Positions 10,425 to 21,846 of a stretch of 64,000 nucleotides of DNA are shown piece by piece; within the stretch, counting starts at the first letter, position 1; every line of letters starts with the position of its first letter. The stretch lies in NCBI GenBank assembly GCA_039815465.1, contig JBCBZG010000018.1:21377-85376 (forward strand), read 5' to 3'. The position numbers and the translations under genes are program-made. The notes under the pieces are model-generated. The model saw only the letters and a program-made list of their open reading frames with translations. It ran no database searches and was not told the DNA's origin. The DNA comes from Pseudomonadota bacterium. GTDB taxonomy: Bacteria > Pseudomonadota > Alphaproteobacteria > Rhodobacterales > Rhodobacteraceae.

Positions 10425-11563
10425 AGGTCTTTATCACCGCGGGGGAGCCCTCCGGCGATGCGCTCGGCGCCGCGCTTATCGCGGGGCTGAAAGCCCGCGT
10501 GCCGGGGGTGGAGCTTCGCGGTGTCGCGGGCCCGCGGATGCAAGCCGCTGGGATGGAGAGCCTCTTTCCTATGGAGGAGCTCTCCGTTATGGGCATCGCG
10601 GAGGTGTTGCCAAAGTACTTTGAGCTCAAGCGCCGCATCGCTCAAAGCGCCCAGGCCGCGCTGGATTGGCAGCCCGATGTGATGGTCACCATCGACAGCC
10701 CCGACTTTTCGCTGCGCGTGGCGCGGATTGTCAAAGACGCCAGCCGCATCCGCACCGTTCACTACGTGGCCCCCACAGTCTGGGCCTGGCGGCCAGAGCG
10801 CGCGGTAAAGATGGCGCGCGTGATCGACCATGTGCTCGCGCTGTTTCCGTTCGAGCCGCGCTATATGCAGGATGCGGGCATGGAGTGTGACTTTGTGGGT
10901 CACCCCGTGGCCGCGCTGCCGCGGGTCGCGGCGGCGGACGTCGCGCAGATGCGCGCCGAGCTTGCCGGGGATGGCGAGCAGCTCATCGCGCTTTTGCCTG
11001 GGTCGCGTCGGTCCGAGGTCACGCGGCTCCTTCCTACCTTTGCCGCCGCGCTCGCACGCTCCGACCTCGCGCAGGCGGCCGTTGTGCTGCCGACGCTGCC
11101 GCATCTGGCGGAAACGGTTGAAAGGCTGGCGCAAGCGCTGCCAAGACGGCCTCACGTGCTCGTCACCGATGGGGAGAGTGGCGCTCATCAGCGCCGCGTG
11201 GCCTACCACGCCTCAGATCTCGCCCTCGCGGCCTCGGGCACGGTGTCGCTCGAGCTCGCGGAGGCGCGCACGCCCATGGTCATCGCCTATGACATGAATT
11301 GGCTCACCCGCCAGATCGTGGAGCGTAAGCTCCTGATCGATACCGTGACGCTCGTGAACCTGGTGAGCGAAACCCGCGCCGTGCCTGAGTTCATCGGCAA
11401 AGACTGCCGCGCACCACGCATCGCGCCCGCCCTCGGCGCCGTCGCGGCCGACCCCGGCGCCCAGCTGGCGGCCATGGACGACACCATGGCCAAGCTTGGT
11501 GCAGGTGGGCTGGCCCCCGGCCAACGCGCCGCGGACGCCATCCTGGCCCGCCTCGCGCCCTGA
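10421..11563 (+). CDS. lpxB: lipid-A-disaccharide synthase
   Basis: The N-terminus VKVFITAGEPSGD is typical of LpxB. GTG 10421 overlaps the lpxI TGA (GTGA). The track start TTG 10409 remains an alternative. Confidence 0.93.
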   Translation: MKVFITAGEPSGDALGAALIAGLKARVPGVELRGVAGPRMQAAGMESLFPMEELSVMGIAEVLPKYFELKRRIAQSAQAALDWQPDVMVTIDSPDFSLRVARIVKDASRIRTVHYVAPTVWAWRPERAVKMARVIDHVLALFPFEPRYMQDAGMECDFVGHPVAALPRVAAADVAQMRAELAGDGEQLIALLPGSRRSEVTRLLPTFAAALARSDLAQAAVVLPTLPHLAETVERLAQALPRRPHVLVTDGESGAHQRRVAYHASDLALAASGTVSLELAEARTPMVIAYDMNWLTRQIVERKLLIDTVTLVNLVSETRAVPEFIGKDCRAPRIAPALGAVAADPGAQLAAMDDTMAKLGAGGLAPGQRAADAILARLAP

Positions 11564-11593
11564 CCTGATCATCGCGCGTTCTGCGATGGCGGG

Positions 11594-11700
11594 CCCGCCC
11601 GCCTCCCTTCTGCGCCTTTCAGGCTTGAACCTAAGGGGGCGCGCTGCGCGCGGTCTGCCTTCGGCAGAGGGTGTTTCGGGGCGGGGGCGGTTTTCTTGGC
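11594..11700 (+). repeat. intergenic hairpin-rich repeat element, copy A
   Basis: Shares cccgcctcccttctgcgcc, ggcttgaacct and aagggggcgcgctgcgcgcg blocks with copy B (20801-20915). Contains hairpins gcct-ttc-aggc and ctgcc-ttc-ggcag. Confidence 0.8.
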
Positions 11701-11774
11701 CCAGCCTACGGTCTCGCACTGACGAATGCGTCCGCGCGCGATATGGGACGGGTGTCGCCCAGGGAGGACTTGAA

Positions 11775-12431
11775 ATGACGCTGCACCGCCGCCTGGTGGC
11801 CGAAGGGCTCGGCACCTGTCTATTGCTCGCCACCGTCATTGGATCGGGCATCATGGCCGAGCGATTGGCGGACGGGAATGGTGCGATCGCGCTTCTTGGG
11901 AATACGATCCCGACAGGGGCTATCCTCGTGGTGCTTATCACGATCTTTGGACCGATCTCTGGCGCGCATTTTAACCCCGCGGTCACGCTGTCCTTTGCGC
12001 TAACCCGTCAGATCTCACCGTCTGTGGGCCTGCTGTATGTCATAGCTCAGGTCAGTGGCGGCATTTTTGGCGTGGTACTGGCCCATGTGATGTTCGGCCT
12101 GGCGCTGATTGACCTGTCCACGACGCAGCGCAGTGGCGTGGGGCAATGGGCGGGCGAATGCGTGGCGACCTTTGGCTTAGTGGGCACCATCCTGGCCTGT
12201 CTCAAAGCGCGGGCGGACGCGGTGCCGATGGCGGTTGGGCTCTATATCACGGCGGCTTATTGGTTCACGTCATCCACATCCTTTGCAAACCCCGCCGTCA
12301 CACTCGCGCGGAGCTTGTCGGACACGTTTGCAGGCATCGCCCCCGGGGATGTGCTGCCCTTTATTGCCGTGCAATGTGGTGCCGCAGCGTTTGCGACATG
12401 GGTCTTCCGGTGGTTGCTCGCGGACGCGTAA
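11775..12431 (+). CDS. MIP/aquaporin-family channel
   Basis: 218 aa from ATG 11775, with an AGGGAGGA RBS; the track ORF start at 11496 is spurious. Has a six-TM pattern and two NPA boxes (HFNPAVTLSF, FANPAVTLAR). Confidence 0.85.
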   Translation: MTLHRRLVAEGLGTCLLLATVIGSGIMAERLADGNGAIALLGNTIPTGAILVVLITIFGPISGAHFNPAVTLSFALTRQISPSVGLLYVIAQVSGGIFGVVLAHVMFGLALIDLSTTQRSGVGQWAGECVATFGLVGTILACLKARADAVPMAVGLYITAAYWFTSSTSFANPAVTLARSLSDTFAGIAPGDVLPFIAVQCGAAAFATWVFRWLLADA

Positions 12432-12443
12432 AGGGCAGGCGCA

Positions 12444-13598
12444 TCAGCCTCGCGTGATCCAACCGCCGCCAAACACACGGCTGCCACCAGAATCGACGGC
12501 GGGGTCGTAAAACACGCAGGCCTGACCCGGGCTGATGCCGCGTTCCGGCGCGATGAGTTCTACCGTGGCGGTGCGTGGTCCGGTTGGGCGTATGATCGCC
12601 TCCCGCGGGGGGCGGGTGGAGCGGACTTTGGCGCTCAGGTGCCAGGCCTCGCGGCTCTCGAACGGCTCATCACCCAGCCAGTTCACCTCCGCCACGGGCA
12701 CGTGGCGCGTCGCGAGCAGCTCCTTTGGCCCCACGATCACGCGGCGCGTGTCCACGTCGAGTTTGACCACATAAATCGGCTCGCTCAGGCCACCGATGCC
12801 CAGCCCCTTGCGCTGACCGATTGTGTAGTGGATTACCCCCCGATGCTCGCCCAGGACGCGCCCGTCCACATGGACGATCTCGCCGGGCTCCGCCGCGCCC
12901 GGGCGCAGCTTTTCGATCACCGCAGCGTAGTTGCCATCGGGCACGAAACAGATGTCCTGACTGTCGGGCTTATCGGCCACCGGCAGCCCATGGCGCAGAG
13001 CAAGCGCGCGGGTGTCACCCTTGGACGGCAGGTGCCCCAACGGGAACCGCAAGTAATCGAGCTGTTCTGGCGTCGTCGAAAACAAAAAGTAACTCTGATC
13101 GCGCACCGGATCGGCGGCCATGTGCAGCTCCGCACCCGCAGCGCCCATCTTGCGCTGGATGTAGTGGCCCGTGGCCATGCAATCGGCCTCCAGATCCTTG
13201 GCGGTCTCCAGCAGGTCTTTGAACTTTACGCGTTCGTTACAGCGGATACAGGGCACAGGCGTGGCACCCGCCAAGTAGCTGTCCGCGAATTCGTCGATCA
13301 CCGCCTCTTTGAACATGTTTTCATAGTCGAGCACGTAATGCGGGAACCCCATCCGTTCTGCCACGCGCCGGGCATCGTGGATGTCGCGTCCCGCGCAACA
13401 CGCGCCCTTTTTCGCCAGCGCCGCCCCATGGTCATAAAGCTGGAGCGTCACGCCCACCACGTCGTAACCTTGCGCGGCGAGCTCAGCGGCAACAGCGGAA
13501 CTGTCCACGCCGCCCGACATCGCCACCACCACCCGCGTCTCGGCAGGCGGCTTTGCAAAGCCCAGCGAATTCAGCTCTGTGATCTGATCCAGTGACAT
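12444..13598 (-). CDS. mnmA: tRNA 2-thiouridine(34) synthase
   Basis: Trimmed to ATG 13598, which has GAGGG 7 nt upstream. Carries the PP-loop [11 protein letters not shown] and MnmA-like sequence throughout. Confidence 0.93.
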   Translation of the reverse strand: MSLDQITELNSLGFAKPPAETRVVVAMSGGVDSSAVAAELAAQGYDVVGVTLQLYDHGAALAKKGACCAGRDIHDARRVAERMGFPHYVLDYENMFKEAVIDEFADSYLAGATPVPCIRCNERVKFKDLLETAKDLEADCMATGHYIQRKMGAAGAELHMAADPVRDQSYFLFSTTPEQLDYLRFPLGHLPSKGDTRALALRHGLPVADKPDSQDICFVPDGNYAAVIEKLRPGAAEPGEIVHVDGRVLGEHRGVIHYTIGQRKGLGIGGLSEPIYVVKLDVDTRRVIVGPKELLATRHVPVAEVNWLGDEPFESREAWHLSAKVRSTRPPREAIIRPTGPRTATVELIAPERGISPGQACVFYDPAVDSGGSRVFGGGWITRG

Positions 13599-13727
13599 CG
13601 GTGCCCTCATACCCCAAGAGTCTGAAAATATAGGAAAATGCGAAACAGTCTCAAGGGCGTGTTTCATGGAGCGTTAAGCCCGTTTGCCACAGATGTCACC
13701 CCGTAACGATCGAAGGGTGAGAGTTCC

Positions 13728-14006
13728 ATGTTTTTGAAAAAGGTCGACGGGCCGCGCACAGTGATGCTGCCGGATGGCTCGTCCATGAGCCGGGCCGATT
13801 TGCCCCCCGTCACAACCACACGCTGGGTGGCCAGTCGCAAAGCCGCGGTGATCAAAGGGGTGGCCGCTGGGCTGATCACCCGCGAAGAAGCCTGTGAAAT
13901 GTATGATCTCAGCGTAGAGGAGCTGGAAAGCTGGATGCGCGCCGCGGCCGCCCATGGCGAAAAGGCGCTAAAGTCGACACAAATTCAACGGTATCGACAA
14001 CCTTAA
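13728..14006 (+). CDS. sciP: SciP-like small CtrA-inhibitory transcription factor (DUF1153 type)
   Basis: 92 aa. The pattern DLPPVTTTRWVASRKAAVIKGVAAGLITREEACEMYDLSVEELESWM...HGEKALKSTQIQRYRQ matches the DUF1153/SciP layout as I recall it. Lies immediately upstream of ctrA, as in Rhodobacter. Confidence 0.8.
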   Translation: MFLKKVDGPRTVMLPDGSSMSRADLPPVTTTRWVASRKAAVIKGVAAGLITREEACEMYDLSVEELESWMRAAAAHGEKALKSTQIQRYRQP

Positions 14007-14032
14007 GTTGTGGTAATTGTTTTCGACATGTG

Positions 14033-14051
14033 GTAACGTCGCATTAACCAT
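14033..14051 (+). promoter_or_regulatory. CtrA-type box in ctrA leader (GTAA-N7-TTAACCAT)
   Basis: Sequence gtaa cgtcgca ttaaccat. This is one mismatch from TTAA-N7-TTAAC and contains the 8-mer TTAACCAT. It ends 45 nt upstream of the ctrA ATG. Confidence 0.5.
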
Positions 14052-14095
14052 TGCCTGCGATTGTTCTGGGTGAAGACATTCGGAAGGGATGATTC

Positions 14096-14809
14096 ATGCG
14101 CGTTTTGCTAGTCGAAGACGATCCAACCACCGCAAAGAGCATCGAACTGATGCTCACTCATGCGAGCTTGAATGTGTACTCCACCGACATGGGGGAGGAG
14201 GGCATCGATCTCGCAAAGCTCTACGACTACGACTTAATTCTCCTCGACATCAACCTGCCCGACATGAACGGGTTAGAGGTGCTGCGCCAGCTTAGGCTCA
14301 GCCGGATCGAGACACCGATCCTGATTCTGTCCGGGGATGGCGATACGGAAAGCAAGATTAAGGGGTTCGGCTTCGGGGCCGACGATTACCTCACAAAGCC
14401 CTTCCATCGGGAGGAGTTGGTGGCGCGCATCCACGCCATCATCCGCCGCTCCAAAGGGCACGCTCAGTCGATCATTAAGACAGGTCGCGTGGCTGTGAAC
14501 CTCGACGCCAAAACCGTGGAGGTGGAGGGCAAGTCCGTGCACCTAACCGGCAAAGAATACCAAATGCTGGAACTGTTGTCGCTGCGCAAAGGCACGACGC
14601 TCACAAAGGAGATGTTCCTCAACCACCTCTATGGCGGGATGGATGAGCCGGAGCTCAAGATCATCGACGTGTTCATCTGTAAGCTCCGTAAAAAGCTTTC
14701 GACAGCCACCGATGGCGAGAACCATATCGAAACTGTCTGGGGCCGCGGCTACGTGCTGCGCGACCCAGAACCGGCTGTCGTGGACACGGCCCTGCCCATG
14801 CGCGCCTAA
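14096..14809 (+). CDS. ctrA: cell-cycle response regulator CtrA
   Basis: 237-aa OmpR-family regulator. [10 protein letters not shown]...[13 protein letters not shown]...[12 protein letters not shown] is highly characteristic of alphaproteobacterial CtrA, and sciP lies upstream. Confidence 0.95.
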   Translation: MRVLLVEDDPTTAKSIELMLTHASLNVYSTDMGEEGIDLAKLYDYDLILLDINLPDMNGLEVLRQLRLSRIETPILILSGDGDTESKIKGFGFGADDYLTKPFHREELVARIHAIIRRSKGHAQSIIKTGRVAVNLDAKTVEVEGKSVHLTGKEYQMLELLSLRKGTTLTKEMFLNHLYGGMDEPELKIIDVFICKLRKKLSTATDGENHIETVWGRGYVLRDPEPAVVDTALPMRA

Positions 14810-14849
14810 GCGCAGCGATACCGCGCGAGACACCTATCTGAGCAGACCC

Positions 14850-14895
14850 AACCCGGGCCAGACGTGACACACGCTGGGCCGGGTTCCTTATTTTA
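14850..14895 (+). terminator. probable intrinsic terminator of ctrA
   Basis: Arms aacccgggccag and ctgggccgggtt (one mismatch) are followed by ccttatttta. Confidence 0.5.
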
Positions 14896-14995
14896 AGCCT
14901 CCCCAAACAACAGGCGCCCGATTCAGGCGGGTCCTTCGCGCCGTGGGCCGTAATATCGTTCGTTCACAGCGTGACGGCTCGGCCCGTGAGGCTGC

Positions 14996-15010
14996 TTAAA
15001 CTCCCGTTAA
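14996..15010. promoter_or_regulatory. perfect CtrA consensus box TTAA-N7-TTAA
   Basis: ttaa actcccg ttaa read directly from the sequence. It lies in the ctrA-downstream spacer, 256 nt upstream of the next start codon. Confidence 0.55.
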
Positions 15011-15183
15011 AAGACCCGGTGGGGAGCGCCGTGCCGTGCCATGCCAGCACCATTCACAAGGGGCAGGCCTCCCACCTCACAAGCTCCAGATCAGCGCAGG
15101 GCGTTACGGAAACGGACGGTCCATATCGCGCGAGTTATCCACCCAAATCGATCACAATTTTTTCTTACATTTGATCTGTTGAT

Positions 15184-15199
15184 TTAGGGTTTTATTAAC
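15184..15199. promoter_or_regulatory. near-consensus CtrA box TTAG-N7-TTAAC
   Basis: ttag ggtttta ttaac, ending 67 nt upstream of GTG 15266, in an AT-rich stretch. Confidence 0.45.
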
Positions 15200-15265
15200 C
15201 CGGCGACCTGTAGTGAGATTGAAAAAAAGAAAGTACAAATCATCAAGAACTACGGGGTAATTGAT

Positions 15266-18213
<2,948 letters not shown>

Positions 18214-20304
18214 ATGGCCAACCGGCCCGAGATCCTGTTTCCGCTCTTTAGCGGGCTCGAAACCCTGCCGGGCATCGGGCCCAAGACCGCGCAAAACATG
18301 GCGACGCTGGGGATCGAGAAACCGCGCGATCTGCTCTTTCACCTGCCGCATTCCGTCATCGACCGCCGCCCCGTGAAAACGGTCAAAGGCGTGGACTTGC
18401 CCGCGACCCTGACGGTCGAAGTCACCGCCACCCGCCACCGCGCCCCCAGCCGCAAGGGCGCGCCTCACCGCATCTTTGTCGAGGACGCAGAGACAGCCTT
18501 CCAGATCGTCTATTTCAGTGCCAGCGGGCGCTACCTCGAAAACCTGCTGCCCGTGGGCGAACCGCGCGTGGTGTCCGGTAAGTTCGAGCTCTTTGACGGG
18601 GAGGCGAACCTGGCCCACCCCGACTACGTCGTGACGCCCGCGGAACTCAGCGATATCCCGGTGTTCGAACCCGTCTACCCGCTCACCGCAGGGGTGACCC
18701 AAAAACAGCTGGCCAAAGGCGCCAAAGCCGCGCTCACACGGGTGCCGGAGCTCCCCGAATGGGCCGACGCCGAGCTCGTCAAGCGGGAGGGGTGGCCCAC
18801 TACGGCAGACGCCCTTCAATCCGCCCACGCGCCGGAAAACCTGGGCGACGTCAGCCCCACCGCCAAGGCGCGGCAGCGGCTGGCCTATGACGAGCTCTTT
18901 GCCCACCAGCTCACGCTCGCGCTGGCCCGCGCCCGCGACCGCCACGCACCGGGCCGCGTGAGCCAAGGCGACGGAACGCTTCGCCAACGCATCCTGGACG
19001 GCCTGCCATTCGTGCCCACAGCCGCCCAGCTGCGCGCCGCCACCGACATCGCCGCCGACATGGCCCAGCCCAAACGTATGAACCGCCTGCTCCAGGGCGA
19101 CGTGGGCGCAGGCAAAACGCTCGTCGCCTTCCTCGCGCTGCTCACCGCGGTGGAGGCAGGCGGGCAGGGCGTCATGATGGCCCCGACGGAGATCCTGGCT
19201 CGACAGCATCTGGCATCGCTCGCGCCCATGGCGGCAGAGGTCGGCGTGCGGCTCGAACTGCTGACAGGCCGCGACAAAGGCGCAGCACGGCAGGAAAAAC
19301 TCCGCGCGCTCGCGGAAGGCGATATCGGCATCCTCGTGGGCACCCACGCCGTGTTCCAGAAGGACGTTGAATTCGCCGACCTACGGCTCGCTATCGTGGA
19401 CGAACAGCACCGCTTTGGCGTCCGCCAACGCCTGCTGCTCGGTGAAAAAGGGGCCGCCGCGGACGTGCTGGTGATGACAGCAACACCCATCCCGCGCTCG
19501 CTCGCCCTGGCGCAATACGGCGATATGGAGGTCTCGATCCTCGACGAAAAACCACCGGGCCGCACGCCCATCCAAACCGCCACAGTGCCCATGGGCCGCC
19601 TCGACGACGTCGTGGCCAAACTCCGCACCGCCGTGGCCGAGGGCAAACAGGCCTATTGGGTCTGCCCCCTGGTGGAAGAAAGCGAAACGCTCGACATGAC
19701 AGCGGCGGAGGAACGGTTCAAACGCCTCCGCGCCGCACTGGGCGAGGGGAACGTGGACCTCGTCCACGGCCAAATGCCGCCCGCCGACAAAGACGCCGCC
19801 ATGGCCCGTTTCATCGCGGGCGAAACGGCGGTGCTCGTGGCCACGACCGTGATCGAGGTCGGCGTGAACGTCCCAAACGCCACGATCATGGTCATCGAGC
19901 GCGCCGAAAGCTTTGGCCTGGCCCAGCTCCACCAGCTGCGCGGACGGGTGGGGCGCGGCAGCCTAACCTCCACCTGTTTGCTGATGTACCAAGCTCCGCT
20001 GACAGAAAGCGGCGAACGGCGTCTGCGCATCCTCCGCGATACCGAAGACGGGTTCCGCATCGCCGAAGAGGACCTCGCCATCCGCGGCGCAGGCGACATG
20101 ATCGGCACCGCGCAGTCGGGCCTTCCACGGTTTCAGGTGGCCAATCTCGAACGACAGGCGGGGCTCATGGCGCTGGCGCAAAGCGACGCGCGCAAGCTGC
20201 TCGCCGATGACCCCACGCTCGACAGCCCGCGCGGCAAGGCGGCCCGTGTTCTGCTTTGGTTCATGGAGCAAGACCGTGCAATCCGTTTGATTTCCGTAGG
20301 TTAG
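18214..20304 (+). CDS. recG: ATP-dependent DNA helicase RecG
   Basis: 696 aa with GDVGAGKT (Walker A), DEQHRFGV and QLHQLRGRVGRG motifs. The start abuts the ligA stop. Confidence 0.97.
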   Translation: MANRPEILFPLFSGLETLPGIGPKTAQNMATLGIEKPRDLLFHLPHSVIDRRPVKTVKGVDLPATLTVEVTATRHRAPSRKGAPHRIFVEDAETAFQIVYFSASGRYLENLLPVGEPRVVSGKFELFDGEANLAHPDYVVTPAELSDIPVFEPVYPLTAGVTQKQLAKGAKAALTRVPELPEWADAELVKREGWPTTADALQSAHAPENLGDVSPTAKARQRLAYDELFAHQLTLALARARDRHAPGRVSQGDGTLRQRILDGLPFVPTAAQLRAATDIAADMAQPKRMNRLLQGDVGAGKTLVAFLALLTAVEAGGQGVMMAPTEILARQHLASLAPMAAEVGVRLELLTGRDKGAARQEKLRALAEGDIGILVGTHAVFQKDVEFADLRLAIVDEQHRFGVRQRLLLGEKGAAADVLVMTATPIPRSLALAQYGDMEVSILDEKPPGRTPIQTATVPMGRLDDVVAKLRTAVAEGKQAYWVCPLVEESETLDMTAAEERFKRLRAALGEGNVDLVHGQMPPADKDAAMARFIAGETAVLVATTVIEVGVNVPNATIMVIERAESFGLAQLHQLRGRVGRGSLTSTCLLMYQAPLTESGERRLRILRDTEDGFRIAEEDLAIRGAGDMIGTAQSGLPRFQVANLERQAGLMALAQSDARKLLADDPTLDSPRGKAARVLLWFMEQDRAIRLISVG

Positions 20305-20332
20305 CGCCGAACTGCGCAAAATGTTCCGATTT

Positions 20333-20347
20333 GTTCGCAAAAAGTTC
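20333..20347 (+). promoter_or_regulatory. alphaproteobacterial-type LexA (SOS) box GTTC-N7-GTTC
   Basis: gttc gcaaaaa gttc read directly. A third GTTC lies 6 nt upstream (20323-20326). The site ends 70 nt upstream of the 37-aa ORF in an AT-rich spacer after recG. Confidence 0.5.
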
Positions 20348-20416
20348 TTTACGTACTGCGGTGGATGTGAGAACAAAAGGTTAACAAATCGTTCACGGCC
20401 CGGAAGGGAGCCCGCC

Positions 20417-20530
20417 ATGATCACCGCCTTCAAGCGCACCCAGACCCGTAAATTTGCCCAAGACCTCGTGGGCGCTGCCGCGCTGCTCGTCATGCTTTAC
20501 GGGGGGCTTTTGCTGCCCTCGATCCTGTAA
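20417..20530 (+). CDS. 37-aa basic-N-terminus single-TM peptide
   Basis: GGAAGGGAG lies 7 nt upstream of the ATG. Peptide is MITAFKRTQTRKFAQDLVGAAALLVMLYGGLLLPSIL. The longer 69-aa track ORF (20321) has no RBS and starts inside the SOS box. Confidence 0.5.
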   Translation: MITAFKRTQTRKFAQDLVGAAALLVMLYGGLLLPSIL

Positions 20531-20667
20531 GTTTCTGCCTGCGGTCCATCTGACGCCCCTGCGCCAGTCCCTCGCGCAGCGCTGCCCCCAGCAGCGACCC
20601 ATTGGCCCCGTGAGTGCTGCCTCGCTCACCGGTGCCCGCGTCACCCCACTTGGATTGCACACCTAGC

Positions 20668-20703
20668 GCCGCGTGTTCCTGCCAGAACACGCGGCCTTTT
20701 TTT
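20668..20703 (+). terminator. intrinsic terminator
   Basis: An 11-bp perfect stem gccgcgtgttc/gaacacgcggc with a 6-nt loop, followed by c+ttttttt. Confidence 0.65.
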
Positions 20704-20800
20704 GCCCGCGCAGCGGCCACCGCCGCGCATGGAAGAGTTTTTGGAAAACTCTTGGCCCCACCCAGAAATCCAACGATGGCGTGTGCCGTGACCGCGAGCC

Positions 20801-20915
20801 CACCCGCCTCCCTTCTGCGCCAGCGTGCGCTGGCTTGAACCTCAAGGGGGCGCGCTGCGCGCGTTCCGCCTGCGGCGGCCCTCCGGGGGAAGTATTTTTG
20901 GACGAAAGAAAGGGA
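20801..20915 (+). repeat. intergenic hairpin-rich repeat element, copy B (full length)
   Basis: The 5' module is shared with copy A. The 3' module ggaagtatttttggacgaaagaaagg is shared with copy C in reverse orientation. Contains hairpins gccagcg-tg-cgctggc and ccgcc-tg-cggcgg. Confidence 0.85.
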
Positions 20916-20953
20916 GGGAGCGAAAACGTATGGCGCGCCTTTGTGACCTATGC

Positions 20954-21397
20954 CTAAGCCGCTTGGGCGGCTGCGTCTTCGACGGCGCCGATGGTGGCGT
21001 CTAGGGCGAGGAGGATAGACGCGTGGCGGTTTTTGAACGGGGCCGCGGCGCGCAGCACATCGAGCCCGTCGAAGGGTGCCGAAGGGGCCGGCCCTTGTGT
21101 TTGCAGCATCGTTCGAAGGGCGTCTCGGGCTTGGATGAGCTCCGGCAGAGTTCGACCGATCGCGTTGGCTCCCACGACGGCTGCGGCCGCTTGGCCCAGG
21201 GCGCAAGCTTTCACATCCTGCCCAAATGCGGCGATGCGCCCGTCCTTGATCACCACATCTACGGCCACCACCGATCCGCATTGTGGGGAGCGCGCGCGGT
21301 GAGTGCCCATGGGCGTTGCGAGGCGTTCCAGATGCGGGATCTGGGTCGTGAGCGCCAGGATGCGCGTGGAGTAGAGTTGCATCAGGTCCTGATCCAT
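20954..21397 (-). CDS. NifU/IscU-like iron-sulfur cluster scaffold protein
   Basis: 147 aa. The conserved Cys contexts SPQCGSVV and KACALGQAAA resemble SufU/IscU-type scaffolds. Confidence 0.75.
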   Translation of the reverse strand: MDQDLMQLYSTRILALTTQIPHLERLATPMGTHRARSPQCGSVVAVDVVIKDGRIAAFGQDVKACALGQAAAAVVGANAIGRTLPELIQARDALRTMLQTQGPAPSAPFDGLDVLRAAAPFKNRHASILLALDATIGAVEDAAAQAA

Positions 21398-21486
21398 GGT
21401 GCCCCGTCCCGTATGCCCCGTGGCATATGTCTTGTGCCCTTGCCGTGTGTCTTAGATAAGCGCAGCCGCTGCAAAAGGAAATTCAC

Positions 21487-21846
21487 ATGTTCGACCCCGC
21501 GACGCTCAAATACGACGACCGTGGCCTCATCCCCGCGATTGCGCAGGCAGAGGATGGGACCGTGCTCATGATGGCCTGGATGAATGCGGAGGCCGTGGCG
21601 CGGACGTTGGAGACGGGGCGGGTGACCTATTGGTCCCGCTCGCGGCAGAGTTTCTGGGTCAAGGGGGAGACGTCGGGCAATGTTCAGGAACTCGTAGATC
21701 TGCGGGTGGATTGTGACCGCGACACGCTTCTGGCCGTGGTGCGGCAGACGGGGCCAGCGTGTCACACGGGGCGTCTGTCGTGTTTTTACACCGCTGTCCG
21801 GGGTGCGGCTGAGGTGGAGATCATGGCGCCCCTAGAGCCCCACTAG
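21487..21846 (+). CDS. hisI: phosphoribosyl-AMP cyclohydrolase (monofunctional)
   Basis: 119 aa with the pattern [17 protein letters not shown]...DCDRDTLL...[12 protein letters not shown]. Confidence 0.93.
   Translation: MFDPATLKYDDRGLIPAIAQAEDGTVLMMAWMNAEAVARTLETGRVTYWSRSRQSFWVKGETSGNVQELVDLRVDCDRDTLLAVVRQTGPACHTGRLSCFYTAVRGAAEVEIMAPLEPH

Noticed and set aside
14971-15174. 67-aa GTG-initiated ORF in the ctrA-downstream spacer
   Set aside because: It has no RBS, an implausible composition, and overlaps the CtrA box. I treated the region as regulatory/untranslated instead.
20321-20530. 69-aa long form of the small ORF after recG
   Set aside because: Its ATG lies inside the GTTC repeats with no SD. 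The internal ATG at 20417 has a strong GGAAGGGAG RBS, so the 37-aa form is preferred.
20490-21281. 263-aa minus-strand ORF covering repeat copy B and part of the nifU-like gene region
   Set aside because: It runs through the repeat element and a terminator, is very Arg/Pro/Ala-rich, and overlaps the nifU-like gene in another frame.
21832-21846. 15-bp convergent overlap of hisI and gluQ 3' ends (and 10 bp for ratA/pncC at 50118-50127)
   Set aside because: Short tail-to-tail overlaps are common in compact GC-rich genomes. No associated structure or motif was seen.
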